From NCBI GenBank assembly GCA_001949185.1, contig BDGG01000001.1:248001-312000 (forward strand): 64,000 nucleotides of DNA, given 5' to 3'. Below, piece after piece: positions 1 to 12,600 of this stretch (position 1 is its first letter; the number at the start of each line of letters is the position of its first letter). Made by a program: the position numbers and the translations under genes. The notes below the pieces were generated by a model that had not been told where the DNA came from, ran no database searches, and saw only the letters and a list, made by a program, of their open reading frames with translations. The DNA comes from Ramazzottius varieornatus (lineage: Eukaryota; Animalia; Tardigrada).

Positions 1-245
1 GTTGGGTCAGCACGGACCTGACCTAACACAGTGGTGAGCACAGCCCTGACTTGCGCATCATCTGATTTTTCCATTTTCGGAAAAAGAAATCGGGTTTTTC
101 ATTGCGCTTTTTACGCGATCTTCCAGTGCCGGTATCATTCAGGACCCTGATCGATCATTCTGGTGGTTTGCGAATTAACAGTTTTGTAGTCTCTTACTTG
201 ATGAACATTCTTACCAGATTGTCCAGCAACAGCAGAGCCAAAGAG

Positions 246-2748
246 ATGGAGAACGAAGAGCAGTGCGACTTATCCGAATGCAAACCATCCATCACCCTCG
301 TCGACTCCTGCGGACGGGAATTTTTCACCACAGTGACACCTCGGGACATGGATCTCCTCATTAAGTATTCCATACTGATGCGGGCCAAGCAGGAAGCAGC
401 GGAAGAGTCACTGTACGGTCCCACAAAGAGAAAAATCCGTGAGGAGAAGTCGAAGGAACGAAAAATCAAGGTACGACTCAATGCCGGTATTCTATTTACA
501 CACAAATCGCACAAGTCACTGACGTCATCCGTTTACTTCCACCCGCTCTCGAGCTAGTGTTCACGATTGCCAAGGCAGTCAAAATTTCCGTCCTCCGTGT
601 TAGTCGTGATGAACCGGAGATGAATGGAATTACCGCAGCTCGGCCTTCCAGCGTTCTTTCGTGGTCTCTTCTAGAACTTTCTTTTCCCTGAAGCAAAGCA
701 GGGATTCGCTAAGATTCCACATTGTTTTCTGTACCAATCGAAAGATGAAAGACAACTTTACAACGTCATGAGTTGAGAAGAACTTCAGTGGCATGAGTAG
801 CCCGGTAACCGTGCCACGTTAAGCCTGTTCGATCTGAAACTTCTGACATGTCACGTGGCTTCTCCTTGTACGTAGGAATGTTTAAGATCACTTGGTGTGC
901 GCTATTTGATCGAAGCGATAGGCCGAGTGCCGGTGGTGGTTTGTTGACAGTGAATGACGTCATTCATCCATTCATTCCGCTTGATTGTTGATATTTTGGT
1001 TTTCGCAGATGGAAGAATGCTCACCAGAAATTCCTCTGCCAAAAGTCCGCATCGCAAAGAAGGATCTGTTCTTCACATATCCGACGTCAAAGCGAGTACC
1101 CAAACCCAACCGCAAGTACCTGGAAATCCCTGGACCCATTCCCATTGATGAAGCTGGCTCTCCTCCACACTCGTCAGAGTGGGAAAGCGTTGATCTGTCT
1201 ACTGCGGTACGTTTTGTCTCACCTCGTTGAACTCGCGCATCACCCTATGTTAATCTGACGGGTTAAAAGCGTCGGTAGCTGTGCTCCCGCCAGTTTTTGA
1301 TCAATCGGCGCATTGTTTTCTTGCGTTTATATGGTGCTGTGCGCCGGTTGGCCGAGGTCCGTTGAACTCACTCTTCATTTGCGTTTCAGGACATTCCGCC
1401 ACGCATACGTCGCACCTTTCTCGGAACTAAGATTCCTGATACATCTCCAGCGGTAAAACGAGGTAAATACAAGACGAAGAAGAATGGACTACGAGCGGAG
1501 CGAAGTTCACCAGAGATACCAGCGACATCGAAGCCATTCACGTTGCTGGACAGCCTCCGCTGCGATGAAACGCTGGACTCTCCAGGAAACTCACAAACGG
1601 TAAACCAGCCGTTCCTTTGATTTTTTCCTTTCTTTAATGTTTATTCTTTCAGCTCTTAGCTGTGTTCGAGGACAAAGAGCTGTTGGACAACGGCCGGCAT
1701 GGAATGCCTCCGACGTCGGACGATCATAACTACGCCACGAAGATCTCGCGCACGTTGAAGCTGAGTCGACGCCAGGCCGGCCACGAAGACATCCCGCCAC
1801 CTCTCCCAAACATTAGGCTTCCCTCTATCAAGATCAAGATTCCAAAGTTGAAGAAGATGAAGCTCGGGGTAAGTAAACTCGTTAGCCGAGACTGGAAATC
1901 ACAAATCGATCAGTTCGTGTACCGCATGCACGTGCGTACGTGGGAAACATTGTGGGCGTATGGCTCGCTGTACATAGGTGCTTGAGTTATGGCTCGAATG
2001 CGCCACTTGATCGCGGTGGTGTTTCGGTCTGTGTTACTCCCGTGTACACTATGGTGAATGCATTTTTGGCCTCTCCACGGTGACTTGTTGGCACTAATCA
2101 AGACTGTGTTGTTTTCAGAAACACCCGAAGGTTCATCCGACTGATTTGACAGCTCTGCTTACGCAGCAGAACCAGAAGCAAAAAGTCGTGAAAGAGGGAA
2201 GACGCGGGTGTCGTCGGGAATACGGCATCGAGGGTTTCGAGCAGTGGTGCAGACATTGTCAGTGGAAGAAGGCCTGCACGCGTTTTGGCGGGCGTCTAGG
2301 CAAAATCATTCACCCAGAGCCTGGGCATGTGAGAATCGAAGAGCCAGTCAAACCTGTCACAGTGGCCGACACCAAGTATCCGAAACGTAGGATGGCTGAT
2401 GCGTTGTCAGACAGAGACCGTAAGAAAGTCAGGGAGTTGAAAACTTCGAAGGTCGAACAGCAACGTCTAGAAACGTCACCGGAAGCGAAACCGGATGTGA
2501 AACCAGAAGTCAAACCGATCATGACTATTTGTAACACTTCCTTAACTCCTGTTCCGATCGCACCTAATTCAGCAGCGAGTAAATGGCTCGGTTTCGGCAT
2601 GGGGTATGAGGTGGAGGAGAAGGAAGTGATTAAGACTGAGATGAGACCAAAAGAGAAGCAGAAGATTCCGCTGCTGATTCCACTGACGCTGGAACCGGAA
2701 GTGCCCACACCTTCGTCTATCTCAGCATCTTCACAGGACAGTTCCTGA
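246..2748 (+). CDS. Five-exon gene encoding a C-clamp (CR3) DNA-binding domain protein, ZNF395/ZNF704/GEF-like
   Basis: Exons 246-470, 1009-1206, 1390-1599, 1653-1868 and 2119-2748 join in frame over GT-AG introns. The last exon has KEGRRGCRREYGIEGFEQWCRHCQWKKACTRF, matching the C-clamp consensus KKCRKVYGxxxxxxWCxxCRWKKACxRF. Confidence 0.75.
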
Positions 2749-3448
2749 ACGAGTGAAAGAAGATAGTTGAGAATATTTCTTTCGTAAATAAAATAGTTTT
2801 CGTGTTGCTCCTTCAACTTCGGTATAATTTGAAGAACATTCTAATCCAGACTTAACTTCTCCGTCTTCCGTGGCTTATTGTATTCCTCTTTTCGTTGTAG
2901 AAAATTCCCCTTATCATTTCTTTACGATATTCATCCATCAAGCGTGATTGTTTTCCGTCACCGCTGTACCAGCAGGTTGACCACTTGTTTTCAATCGCCA
3001 TAAGTTATTCTTTGCTTGCACAGTTTTCCTCTCCCATTTTTCAAAGTTTTCGGAATTCTGTGCGTTATGAGGGAACCGAAATCAAGAATTCGATTCAACA
3101 CTAAGAGATTCATGGCTTGGATTACTGTAAGCAACAAGCAGAAAAAAACATGTTCTGGGCCCGAGGTTTCCGAAAAAGAAACACTCGGAGGACAAAATTC
3201 ATAATGAAGCGTGGAGTACCTTAAGAAAAAAAAACTATGAGACATAACAACAACAAAGAATCAGTCGAACCTCTTAGTCCCAATCCAGTAAGACATCCGG
3301 TTCCGGCATTCTGTAAACATAAACAAAAATGGTAGCTTCGCACACAAATTCGGAGATATTGGTTACCCAACCGGCGCACTTTCTCGGTGCAATTGGCTGA
3401 AAGCCTGCACCACTGGGAAAAACGAGCGCCTGTCCCATATTTGGCCCT

Positions 3449-4817
3449 TTAGGGATATGGACCTATGAGATCCTCTATCGAATTACGAAAGTATTGAACT
3501 TGCCTGAAAGGTGCAAGATAAGGCGAATGTTTTATTCCCAAGTAGAAAGAAGCTGGCCGAGGCCTGTTGGCCATCGTCGGACTGTACGTTGCTGGACCAG
3601 GAACGTTCAAGCCACGAAGGTCTGGCCGGCGGTCCTTCAGCGAGTAAGCTGGAGGCCTCGTCTTGAAAGTTTCCAGCGGGACGACTTCGTACCTGTAGAA
3701 AGATCGGAAAGACTACCCGTTAACTGAGAACAGGAAAGGGGGCAAGTGACCATACCGATTCGCGCCAGGAGAGTGCGTGAAGTCTTGAGTAAAGCTCCCG
3801 ATTTCCAGTTTCCTTAAAAAATAAAGCAACCCATCAAATACCTCCGGTACCTTCAGAGCTGTCAGACGTACTGTCTCATGGAGTAGGCAGGGGGATTCTG
3901 TATGTAAGGACTCCTGGCTCCTGTCAGTTTGGGAATTTGGTACTGATTGGGCGCGGGGTTCTGGTTGATTTTGGCCGCCAAGCCAGCTAGTCCCATCTCC
4001 CAGGCTGGAGCACGATACCGGCTATGTAGCTCGTGATATATCACATCGTAGGCATCAGGAGCAGGTGTCTGTAAGAACAAGGGAAATTGCAGTTACCGGA
4101 AGCGTGGAAAAGAACGGTATGACTATATATCCAAAAGTCGTCTTACGCCATCCTTCTTCAAGTCCGGTAATCGTATCCCCATTGGCCCACCTGGTACATG
4201 CGCCATACCATTGTTGATCAATTTCGATGGATAGACATGTGCAGTAGGTCCCGGTGAACATGAGGTGTCTTCTACGGAACAGGAACAGAGAAACTTATGT
4301 TATGACCAGGAACGAAAAGCGGGCAACCCCGGTGAACCAACGCTTGGTATAATCACGCACACGAAAACGTAGTGCTTTCATGGTGACGGTTGCAATGTGG
4401 TACAAAACCGGTCGTTATGAATAAAAGGACTTACTCATCGTCAGAATCATCCGCATCGTATAAGCTGAAAAAAAAATCCAGTCGTTCGATCTCATATGTA
4501 AAAGAAGGATGTTGCAGCGATGAAATACTGCGGGGAACTTACCGGGCCATCTTTTGAGCGTAAGGTTGTGGTGGTCCCAACCAAGCGAAGGCGGAAGCAT
4601 GTACCCACCGGGACCTAAAAACGCCGACACAATCAAACGCATACATCCCCCGCAAAAAAACCTTGACAAACTCTTCTCTGCGAACAACTGGGCCACCCTG
4701 GGAAGAGCTCTGAGTGCAGAGAAACAGTAGAGTAACGTTCTGTTTAATTCTACCTGGTCCGGTGAGTTTCGCTGCGATAGGATACGAAGGTTTCCGCTCG
4801 ATTACGAGATGCGGCAT
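3449..4817 (-). CDS. ODF3/SHIPPO-1 (PGP-repeat) ciliary microtubule-associated protein, multi-exon
   Basis: Repeated GPGGY, SPGPTA, TPAPDAY, NPAPNQY, PGPATY and PAYS motifs across minus-strand exons. Starts MPHLVIERKPSYPIAAKLTGPG. Confidence 0.75.
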
Positions 4818-5340
4818 CGCGGCGGCTGATCACAGTACTGACTAATGTAGAGTCAGAAGTACAACGAGCTCAAGGAATCCCACAGATATATGTATGGAAC
4901 GTCTTCCGAAGACGTTTCGAGTCCAGCATGAAGGGTTAATCCTTATGGGAGAAGCTAGTACAACGTTCACATGGTGGAAAAGTGTACTACGGACTACTAG
5001 GCAACCCATAGAACATTCCTTGGACTGCATCCATTTCTTTACCCAACAGTGACCTTCGACGAGCTTCTGAAGCGCTGAAAACGGCGAACGAACCTCGGCA
5101 GATAGACTGTCAGAGATGTTCGAGGTGTCGAAAAACCTCACTTCACGCAGCCGAACAATCAAGCGAGCCATAAAATCAAGCGAACGCTCTACTATGGAAA
5201 AAAGTTATCGTTTCCAAAATACCTTTCGTTGTTCAATGAACGGTCTAAAAAACCGTTTTTGATACTCGCAGAGAAGAAAGGCTCTGAACAAAAAGGTGTT
5301 TACTCTTGGGAAACAAAAGAGATGAGACGTACGTGAAGGT

Positions 5341-6061
5341 TCAGAACGAGCCTGCTCCACCCAGCACTTCTTCCGTCACGTCGATGGAATCGTTGTCTTC
5401 CATTTCCAGCATTTCCGGAGTGTCAATTGTCCGGAGTCGCTTGCCTGCAAAACACATTCGTCAGCCACCTAAGAGCCACTGCGAAACTAGAAGTCGAAAG
5501 GTTTAGGGGAGTGACCAAAGTACCCACCGTCGTAGAAGAAACGCAGATTTTTCAGTGGTCTTTCCGTGCGCTGAGCGTAGGAATCCATGATCTTCTCCAA
5601 CGGAGTTTGTGGTGTAACTTTGAAAATGAACTGCTGGTTCTCCTGACTGTTCACCCTATAAATGCAGACCACAAGATAGAACGAAGGAAGACAGGATAGG
5701 AGAAGAGTCGAACTCACTTGACGCTGATGATGACTTTCTTGGGCTTTTTCTCCTTCCTGACTGGCTTCGCTTCTTCTTCCATCTCCTCCTCGTCCATCGG
5801 TTCTTCTTGCTTGATGTTCTCAATGTCAGGCTTGATGTCTTCTTGTTCCTCCACGTCCATGCTGGCCGTTACGTCAGCCTTTCTGACCGCTCGAGTTTCC
5901 TCCGTTTCTTTCTTGGGAGTTCTGCATTCAGGCTGCGATTCCGTTTCCGTCGGTGGCTCGGGTGTCTTTGGTCCGACAGCTGTCTCCTTTTCCATACTTT
6001 CGGTGTCCAGTGACAGAGGGATGCTCTCCATGTCGGGTGTCTCCATCGTCGTGTCAGCCAT
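5341..6061 (-). CDS. SUMO-like ubiquitin-fold protein with ~110-aa acidic N-terminal extension (3 exons)
   Basis: Spliced C-terminus reads IISVKVNSQENQQFIFKVTPQTPLEKIMDSYAQRTERPLKNLRFFYDGKRLRTIDTPEMLEMEDNDSIDVTEEVLGG-AGSF*. It has the SUMO hallmarks LRFxxDG, TPxxLEMED and a di-Gly followed by a 4-aa propeptide. Confidence 0.85.
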
Positions 6062-6755
6062 CTTTGTCCAAGTCCGCGAAGCTAGAACCGACAAGAAGAG
6101 CACAGACCGTGAGACGGTAAGACGGATGAGGAGCGGAAGAATTTGCAGTTAACACCTTGAAAAAAACAAAATCAAACACGATCATGACGTCACACGGCAG
6201 AGGAAACGCGGGATCCCGGATCATTGATCAGCTGGTTTTCTTTGGAGTCCTTACATCAGCGGATCGTCAAGGCCACTCCGCCTGCCAAACCTGGTTCAAA
6301 GTGCCATCTTGGCGAGCTGTAAGGAGAAATTTCCGAACGTTCTGATCAGGAACTGGCCATCTAAGTTGTGTCGGAATGAAGCCACGTGGTGAACGATTTG
6401 TTTACGGATCGGTCAATGATTCATCAGATTGACATCAGTGGCGGCCAAACATTTTCTCCCCACTTCCTTCATCCTTTATATTCAGCCGCAGGCAGTCTAG
6501 CCCGTTCTCACGTTACGTCGCCGCGATGGGCAGTGACCTTGGCTCCTGGGGCCGACTACCGTTGGTCAGCACAGCTTGGCAGTTGGCAGCGATCCAGCAT
6601 CAGCCCATGGGCCATGGCGCCTGTTTGCCTCTGTGAGAAATGCGCTTGGACCTCTGGAGCCAATGTTGTCATCGGCTCAGCCAGCCAGCCATTCTACCTT
6701 TACATTTTGGTCTCTTTCGGACGTTTTGTTATTTTCTCTTTCCAGCGTATTCGAA

Positions 6756-8937
6756 ATGTCGCATGGTTCGACAGAGGCTGAGAGCACTTCCGGTTCCGAA
6801 GTTTCCGAAATGTCGGAAGGACGTTTGCAGCATGTAGTCGAAGATGGCCTCGTCTTCAACCATACCCACCGTCCAGCGAAGCCATATCCCTACGTGTCAG
6901 AGGCGGAAAAGAACCCCGATGTTGGAAGAGGAGCAGTGATCATCTGGGATTTTGACACTGCGTCGTTCAAAGCGGGTAAGTCTCACCAGCGATACTCGCG
7001 TACGGACAAGTTATCCGTAACTTAAGCCCTTTCGGTGATCATGCGTATACAATATATGCCCGGACGCAAAATTTACGCGCATCAGAAACTGTGTGCCGCT
7101 CGATCCGAACACGAGAAGTTTCTGGGTTTTTCTCTCCTTGCTAGAGCACGCTGAGCCTGTCGTCTCTACCTTGCTACGACTATGTCGAGACAAAGTTCCT
7201 CGCTACATACGACACAAGCCAACCATCCTTTTCTGCTATACGAGAAAGATTCGGGACTTAGACTATCCTGGACGCGAGCAAGCCATCACCGAGGTCCGCC
7301 GTCGGATTCCTCCCCATTTAGCCTACGTACGTTTTGTTGCTGTGTTTCCGGTCTGGCTCATTCCTTGGTTGCTCACCTGCTTCTTTTTATTGCCACTGGT
7401 TAGGTACGGACACGAACGACCGAGCAGAAGGAAGGGATGGAAGCGTACGAGGCTCGGCAGGAACTACGAGCTGTCATTCGCTTCAATATTCGGGAATTCC
7501 AGAATCGATCGGTCCCTGGTCCTCTGATGGTGATAGTCTCAGGTTCGTCATATGATGTTTCTTACCCGTACTTGGATGATCGAGGAGATACAAGGGAATG
7601 AGAAGAAGTTGCACAGTTTCCTTTTGAAGTTGTCAATCAACGGTATGTTAATTTTGGTAATTGCCATTTGCCAGTCAAGGCCGTGCTGAAAGCCTGAAAC
7701 CCACCCCTCGTGACGTCAGTGAGTCAATTGTTTCACATGTATCTTTTTTAACCAGATGTGCTATTTTCCAGTGGCGCACGTTACCAGTCAGTAACACTAC
7801 AAGCGTGCGTCACCTGAGAAAATAGCCTTGTCGATCTTATTTGCCGAGCTCTCATAGGCGTCATTCTTATCCTACAATGGCCTACATGGACGATATGGTT
7901 ACAATTGTTTTTTTGTCTTTTCAGGAGATGGCGACTCAGTCGCTTGGCATATGAAGATGAAGGTGACGGCTGCTTGGGAGACGTTGTTCGTGATTCCTCA
8001 CGAACTTCTTCCGTTCGTTTGGCGAGCCACACGTCAACCCACGAGCTCGTACACCTGGGACTTCCACAAGGGCATCGTCGGCGAGAATCCCAAATGGGGC
8101 TTGGCCATCGGTAACGGCTCCTTCCTCCTGCCACCACCGCTCTACTTCTCTCCAGACAGCTGGCTCACGCGGGGCTATCAGCCTACCGTCTTCTACATTG
8201 AAGAACCCTGGTTGGAGCCAGTCTTGTGGATCCCCCAACCGCCTGTCGAACAGGTGAGAAACCACGAACCAATTCGATATTATAATCATCAACTAATAAA
8301 TGGTCTACCCTACAGGTTTCTCAGAAAAGTTCTTTCGTCAGCTATCCTTACCACTTCTTGGAGTATCAGCCAGCCTCTTCGCAGCCTGTCCATTGGACCC
8401 ACGCACCGGTAAGAAATTTTGAGAGGCCCGTAAACGAAACGCACCAGAACATATCAAGTGGCGTACGTTTTTTTTGTTATAAGCTGCAGGTGTGCGCGAC
8501 TTGAAAACCGATCCTATCGAATTTGTCTTTTCCAAGTGGCGCACGTGTGCATGATGGTTGATCAGAAGCGTGGGTCAGTTGGCCAGAAATCCCTGCACTT
8601 TTGGTTTACCGGCCATTCAACTGAAAACCGACCATTTTCATGATAATTCTGAACAATGGCTGACGTGCCGTTGCTGTGTTCTTTGCAGTCGCCTTCAATG
8701 ATGGTGATGCCAGCTGTTCCGGGTTTCGGCCAATCCTCGCCGATGATGGTGCCAACTCAGGGTTTCAGCCAGTCGCCTCCCATGGTTTGGGCCAGCTCTC
8801 CTCCGTGCCCCCACTGGTACGAACAGCCTTACCAAGCTTCTCTTCCCTCGGGCGACAGCTCCCAGCAAGCCCCTGCTTCATGGTTCGGGCAGTCCCATCA
8901 GGCTCCCGTGTTACACCACGGCGGTCCCGCCAAGTGA
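6756..8937 (+). CDS. NYN-domain (PIN-like, MARF1/limkain-b1 type) putative ribonuclease with P/Q/S-rich tail, multi-exon
   Basis: Exon 1 has AVIIWDFDT (NYN motif 1, hhWDxxN-like). Splicing at about 7541/7925 rebuilds LMVIVSGDGD (NYN motif hhhSGDxD). The final low-complexity exon is 8689-8937. Confidence 0.65.
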
Positions 8938-9665
8938 AGAAGGCCCGTGGTCTGGGTTCCTGGTCCTAAAACAGCTTCTCTTCTGGTCGTACACCTTCCC
9001 TGAATTTCTTTGATTTTTGCAGCTATTGCCAAGTTTAAATCTGACCACTGTCTCGTTGGTTCCTTTCTTTATTGCCAGTTTACACTGATGAACAGCTTGT
9101 TATTTTGCCTGTTATTATCCTTTCTGTCCTTGGCATAAGCCATTTTTCTTTTGTTTACACCACTCAACCGACTTCCGTTCTTTTCTTCCCTTATTTTTCG
9201 TTGGGAAAGCGTTTAAAACTTGACATCTGCTATTCCATACCTGCCTTTGACTTCCTCGTTCAACGTTACTTTTTTGCCTTTGCACAAAATTTCTTTCCCA
9301 TGTACTTCTCAAACTTATCTCCTTCAAGCTTTTATCCCTTATGTGTTATCGAGACCTCCTTTTTTTCTGGTGTAAAAATTTCCCAAGTGAAGAAATTGAC
9401 CTTGTATGAATTCTAGAGAGAATACCTACTGGACAAACAAACTCGATAAGATCACTTTTCCAAGTGGCGCACGCTTTCCAAGCCATTACACTGAACACGT
9501 GCGCCATTTTGGAAAAGAATCTTCTCGAGCTCTTATTTCTGTCATCTTTCTCGAACTGTCGACAGGCACTATTATTTTACACGATTAAAACTCTCAACGG
9601 AAGGTTAATTTGAGTATGAGAATGTACATAAAAACAATAACCGACCATTATCTCACAGAGCATTT

Positions 9666-12600
9666 CTATTCGTCATCGGAATCGTTGATGCTCAGTTTGG
9701 GTCTTCTTCCAGCCGTCGCTTCTTCCTCGTCGTCTTCATCTCCCTCCTTCTTCTTCATCTTCTGGTCGTCATCCACCTCCATGTCTTCTTCATCGTCAGA
9801 CCTCAACGCTTTTGTCTTTTTTGGCAACTGTTTCTGATCCTCTCCTTCTTCATCCTCAGACTTGTCCTTCTTCTCCGCCTTGTCATCCTCCTCATCAGAA
9901 GAAATCAAACCTTTCCTGGCCGGCTTTCGGCTCCTCTGACCTGCAAAGATATTACCCCAAACTCACAATCGGAAGAAAAACACCGGAAAGAATATTTCCA
10001 GCATATGCGCTGAAGAAAACGAAATTGTATGGGTCACCAAAACAGAAACCAAATTCCACGCCAGCATCACTTACACTGTAAATTACCTGACAAAGTCAGA
10101 GTAATTTAGAATACGGCCCACAAAATTGAAGCGAAATTCAGAAATATTCTCCGATGAAATTACCTTCGTTATCGGACTTGTCGCCATCCTTATCCGGTGA
10201 CTTGCCTGAGCCGTCTTCGTCGTCCGAGGAAGACGATGATTCGGTGTCGGAGATGATGGCCTTGGTCTTGTACTTGCGACCCTTTCGGTCGTACTCGGGT
10301 TCGCGCGGGGCACGCGTGGTCTCTGCAGCACCGGCTTCACCGTCCTCTTCTCCGCCGCTGGAGTAAATCATGCCAGATTCCCGTTCGCGTTCGCGACGTT
10401 CTCGTCGAGCTCGCTTCTTCTCTCCACGACGCGAACCACCGTCAGCTCGAAGACGCTTGGCGCGAGGCTGTCCATCGGGACCAACAGCTACAACAAGTAA
10501 CGTCAAATGAGTTTCCGCTTCTCTAAGGATTCTTTCACTTGGGAGCTCGGGATCGATTAGGACAAAAATGTTTTTCCAAGTGGCACACAGCTCTCTGTCA
10601 CTGGAAAAAGCGATCTTCTCCAGCTTGTTTCTTCTCCCAGGTGGCGCAAGTTACCACTACTGTTGGCAGCAAGCGCACGCCACTTGGTGAAAACATTTGT
10701 ATCGACTTTGTTTTCCCAAGTTGCGTACCTGTTGGATGTTAATCGCTGGGAGAGTGCGCCACTTGGAAAACTCGACCAGATCGTTTGTGCAACTGGCGCA
10801 CGTTCTTGGCCAATAAGAGTGAAAGAGTGCGCCACTTGGAAAGAAAGTTCTGTAGAGTCTTTTTGCCTGAATTTCATTCTATAACATGATTTCTAAGGAA
10901 AGACCAAACTGGCTGAAAGACTCGGGTGTAAGTACCTTCAGTGGTGTAGTTGCCTTCATCGTCAATGAAGAGTTCGTCTTCCATGGCAGCTCGCTTCTTG
11001 GCTCGACTCTTGACTTTGACTTCCGGTTCGGTTTCCTGCTTCATGATCCTCTCCTTCACTTCCGCCGTCTTGGCTAACACCTCTTCACGCTTTCTTCTCA
11101 GCTCTTCCTGCTGCCTCATCTTTTCCTCCATCAACATTTGCTGTTCCTCAGCCTGCCTCTGCTGATACTCCAGTCTGTATAGAATGAAAATAGGTTCGAA
11201 ACCGTTAGGGAAATTCTTCCAAAATTTCCGTTACCTTGCTTGTTCGATCTTCTCCTTCAACAATCGGTCCTCTTCATCGACTTGAGTTGCTCGAACCTGC
11301 AGAACAAGCAACTGTGAACCTTCGGATTCTTTATTTCCAATTTAGTACTTTAAGTTGAATAATATATCTTCCAGTTTCCTTGTGGATTTTGTCACCTCGG
11401 CATTCTGGGCTTGCGTGAGGTAATCGTTACACAGTTTAGCCAATTTTGCTGCTCTGTGCATATCCACCACGGCTTTATCCCCTTCCGTTGACAGGAAGTC
11501 GAAGATGGCCTGTGCTGTCTGCAAGTCTTCCTTGGCGCCCTTCACTTCCTTCGAGCTCCTGAAGTCCTTCAAGGTGTTGACCGCCATTTTGTGCAGTACC
11601 AACCCCAGGTTGAATCTCAACTGCTGATTCTGAGGGGCCAAGACCCTTGCTTGCTGCAAGGTCTTCCTGGCAGCCGACAGATCGCCATTCAGACACTGAG
11701 CACGAGCCAGGTACAGGAAGACTTGTGGATCGAGCGCGGCTGTCGGGAAGCGCTTCAGCGCGTTCTCGTACATCTTGATTCCTGCGATGAACTGCCGCTG
11801 GTCACAGTACAGGTTACCTATGTTGATCCACAGATCCAGAATGTCGGCTGTCGACTCACGAACCACGGAAAACATCTCTTTGGCTTCTTCCAACTGCCCT
11901 GTAAAATGTAACGATTGGCCACGGTAGAACTAGATCCTACCCACGTTCATACTACGACGATTGCGTAGGTCCTACCAGTTAAAGAAGAAATCATTAAAAT
12001 TTGTAGTAGGGCTTACGCCTACCGATGAAAACTGCCGACAGGAGTCGGTCCCACCGAATGAAAAAAATGATATACTGTATTCCCTCGAAAGTTCTACGAA
12101 TCACCTGACTGTTGTGGTAAATATCATCCGGCGGGCAACAGAAAGTATCTATACCTTGAATCAAAGACTGCTCCCCAGTCAAGTGTAATGATGGGCGACA
12201 TTCAAACAATCAGCGACACCAGTGCGGGTGTAGTTTACTGGCATCATGACGTAATTCGCAGAACTATCGAGGCAATACAGTACGAAATTCCCCGTAGGAC
12301 TTACGCCTGCTGCAGTGGAAAATTGCCCCGTGTGAGTATGTTTTGCCACGAGCAAATGAGATTCTTACGGGTATGAGCAAGAACAGCTCCCATGCCGTTT
12401 ACAGCATACACATTGCTGGGGTCAATCTTTAAAACTTGTTTGTACAGTTGGAAGGCTCTTTCAGAGTGGCGCTTCTTCTTTTCGGGGTCGATGGGAGTGT
12501 ACAGCGTCTCCAGCCAGATGTTGGCTAGGCTCAGCAGGGCGTAGGTGTCGTTCTTAGACTTTTGATTGCTCAGGACCTTCTCATACTTCTTTTGAGCTGG

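Noticed and set aside
4842-5171. 109-aa ORF between the SUMO-like and ODF3-like genes
   Set aside because: No domain or splice support; may be UTR or promoter sequence.
10575-10845. CRISPR-like appearance of regularly spaced palindromic repeats
   Set aside because: Eukaryotic intron, degenerate repeats made of inverted arm pairs, no cas genes.
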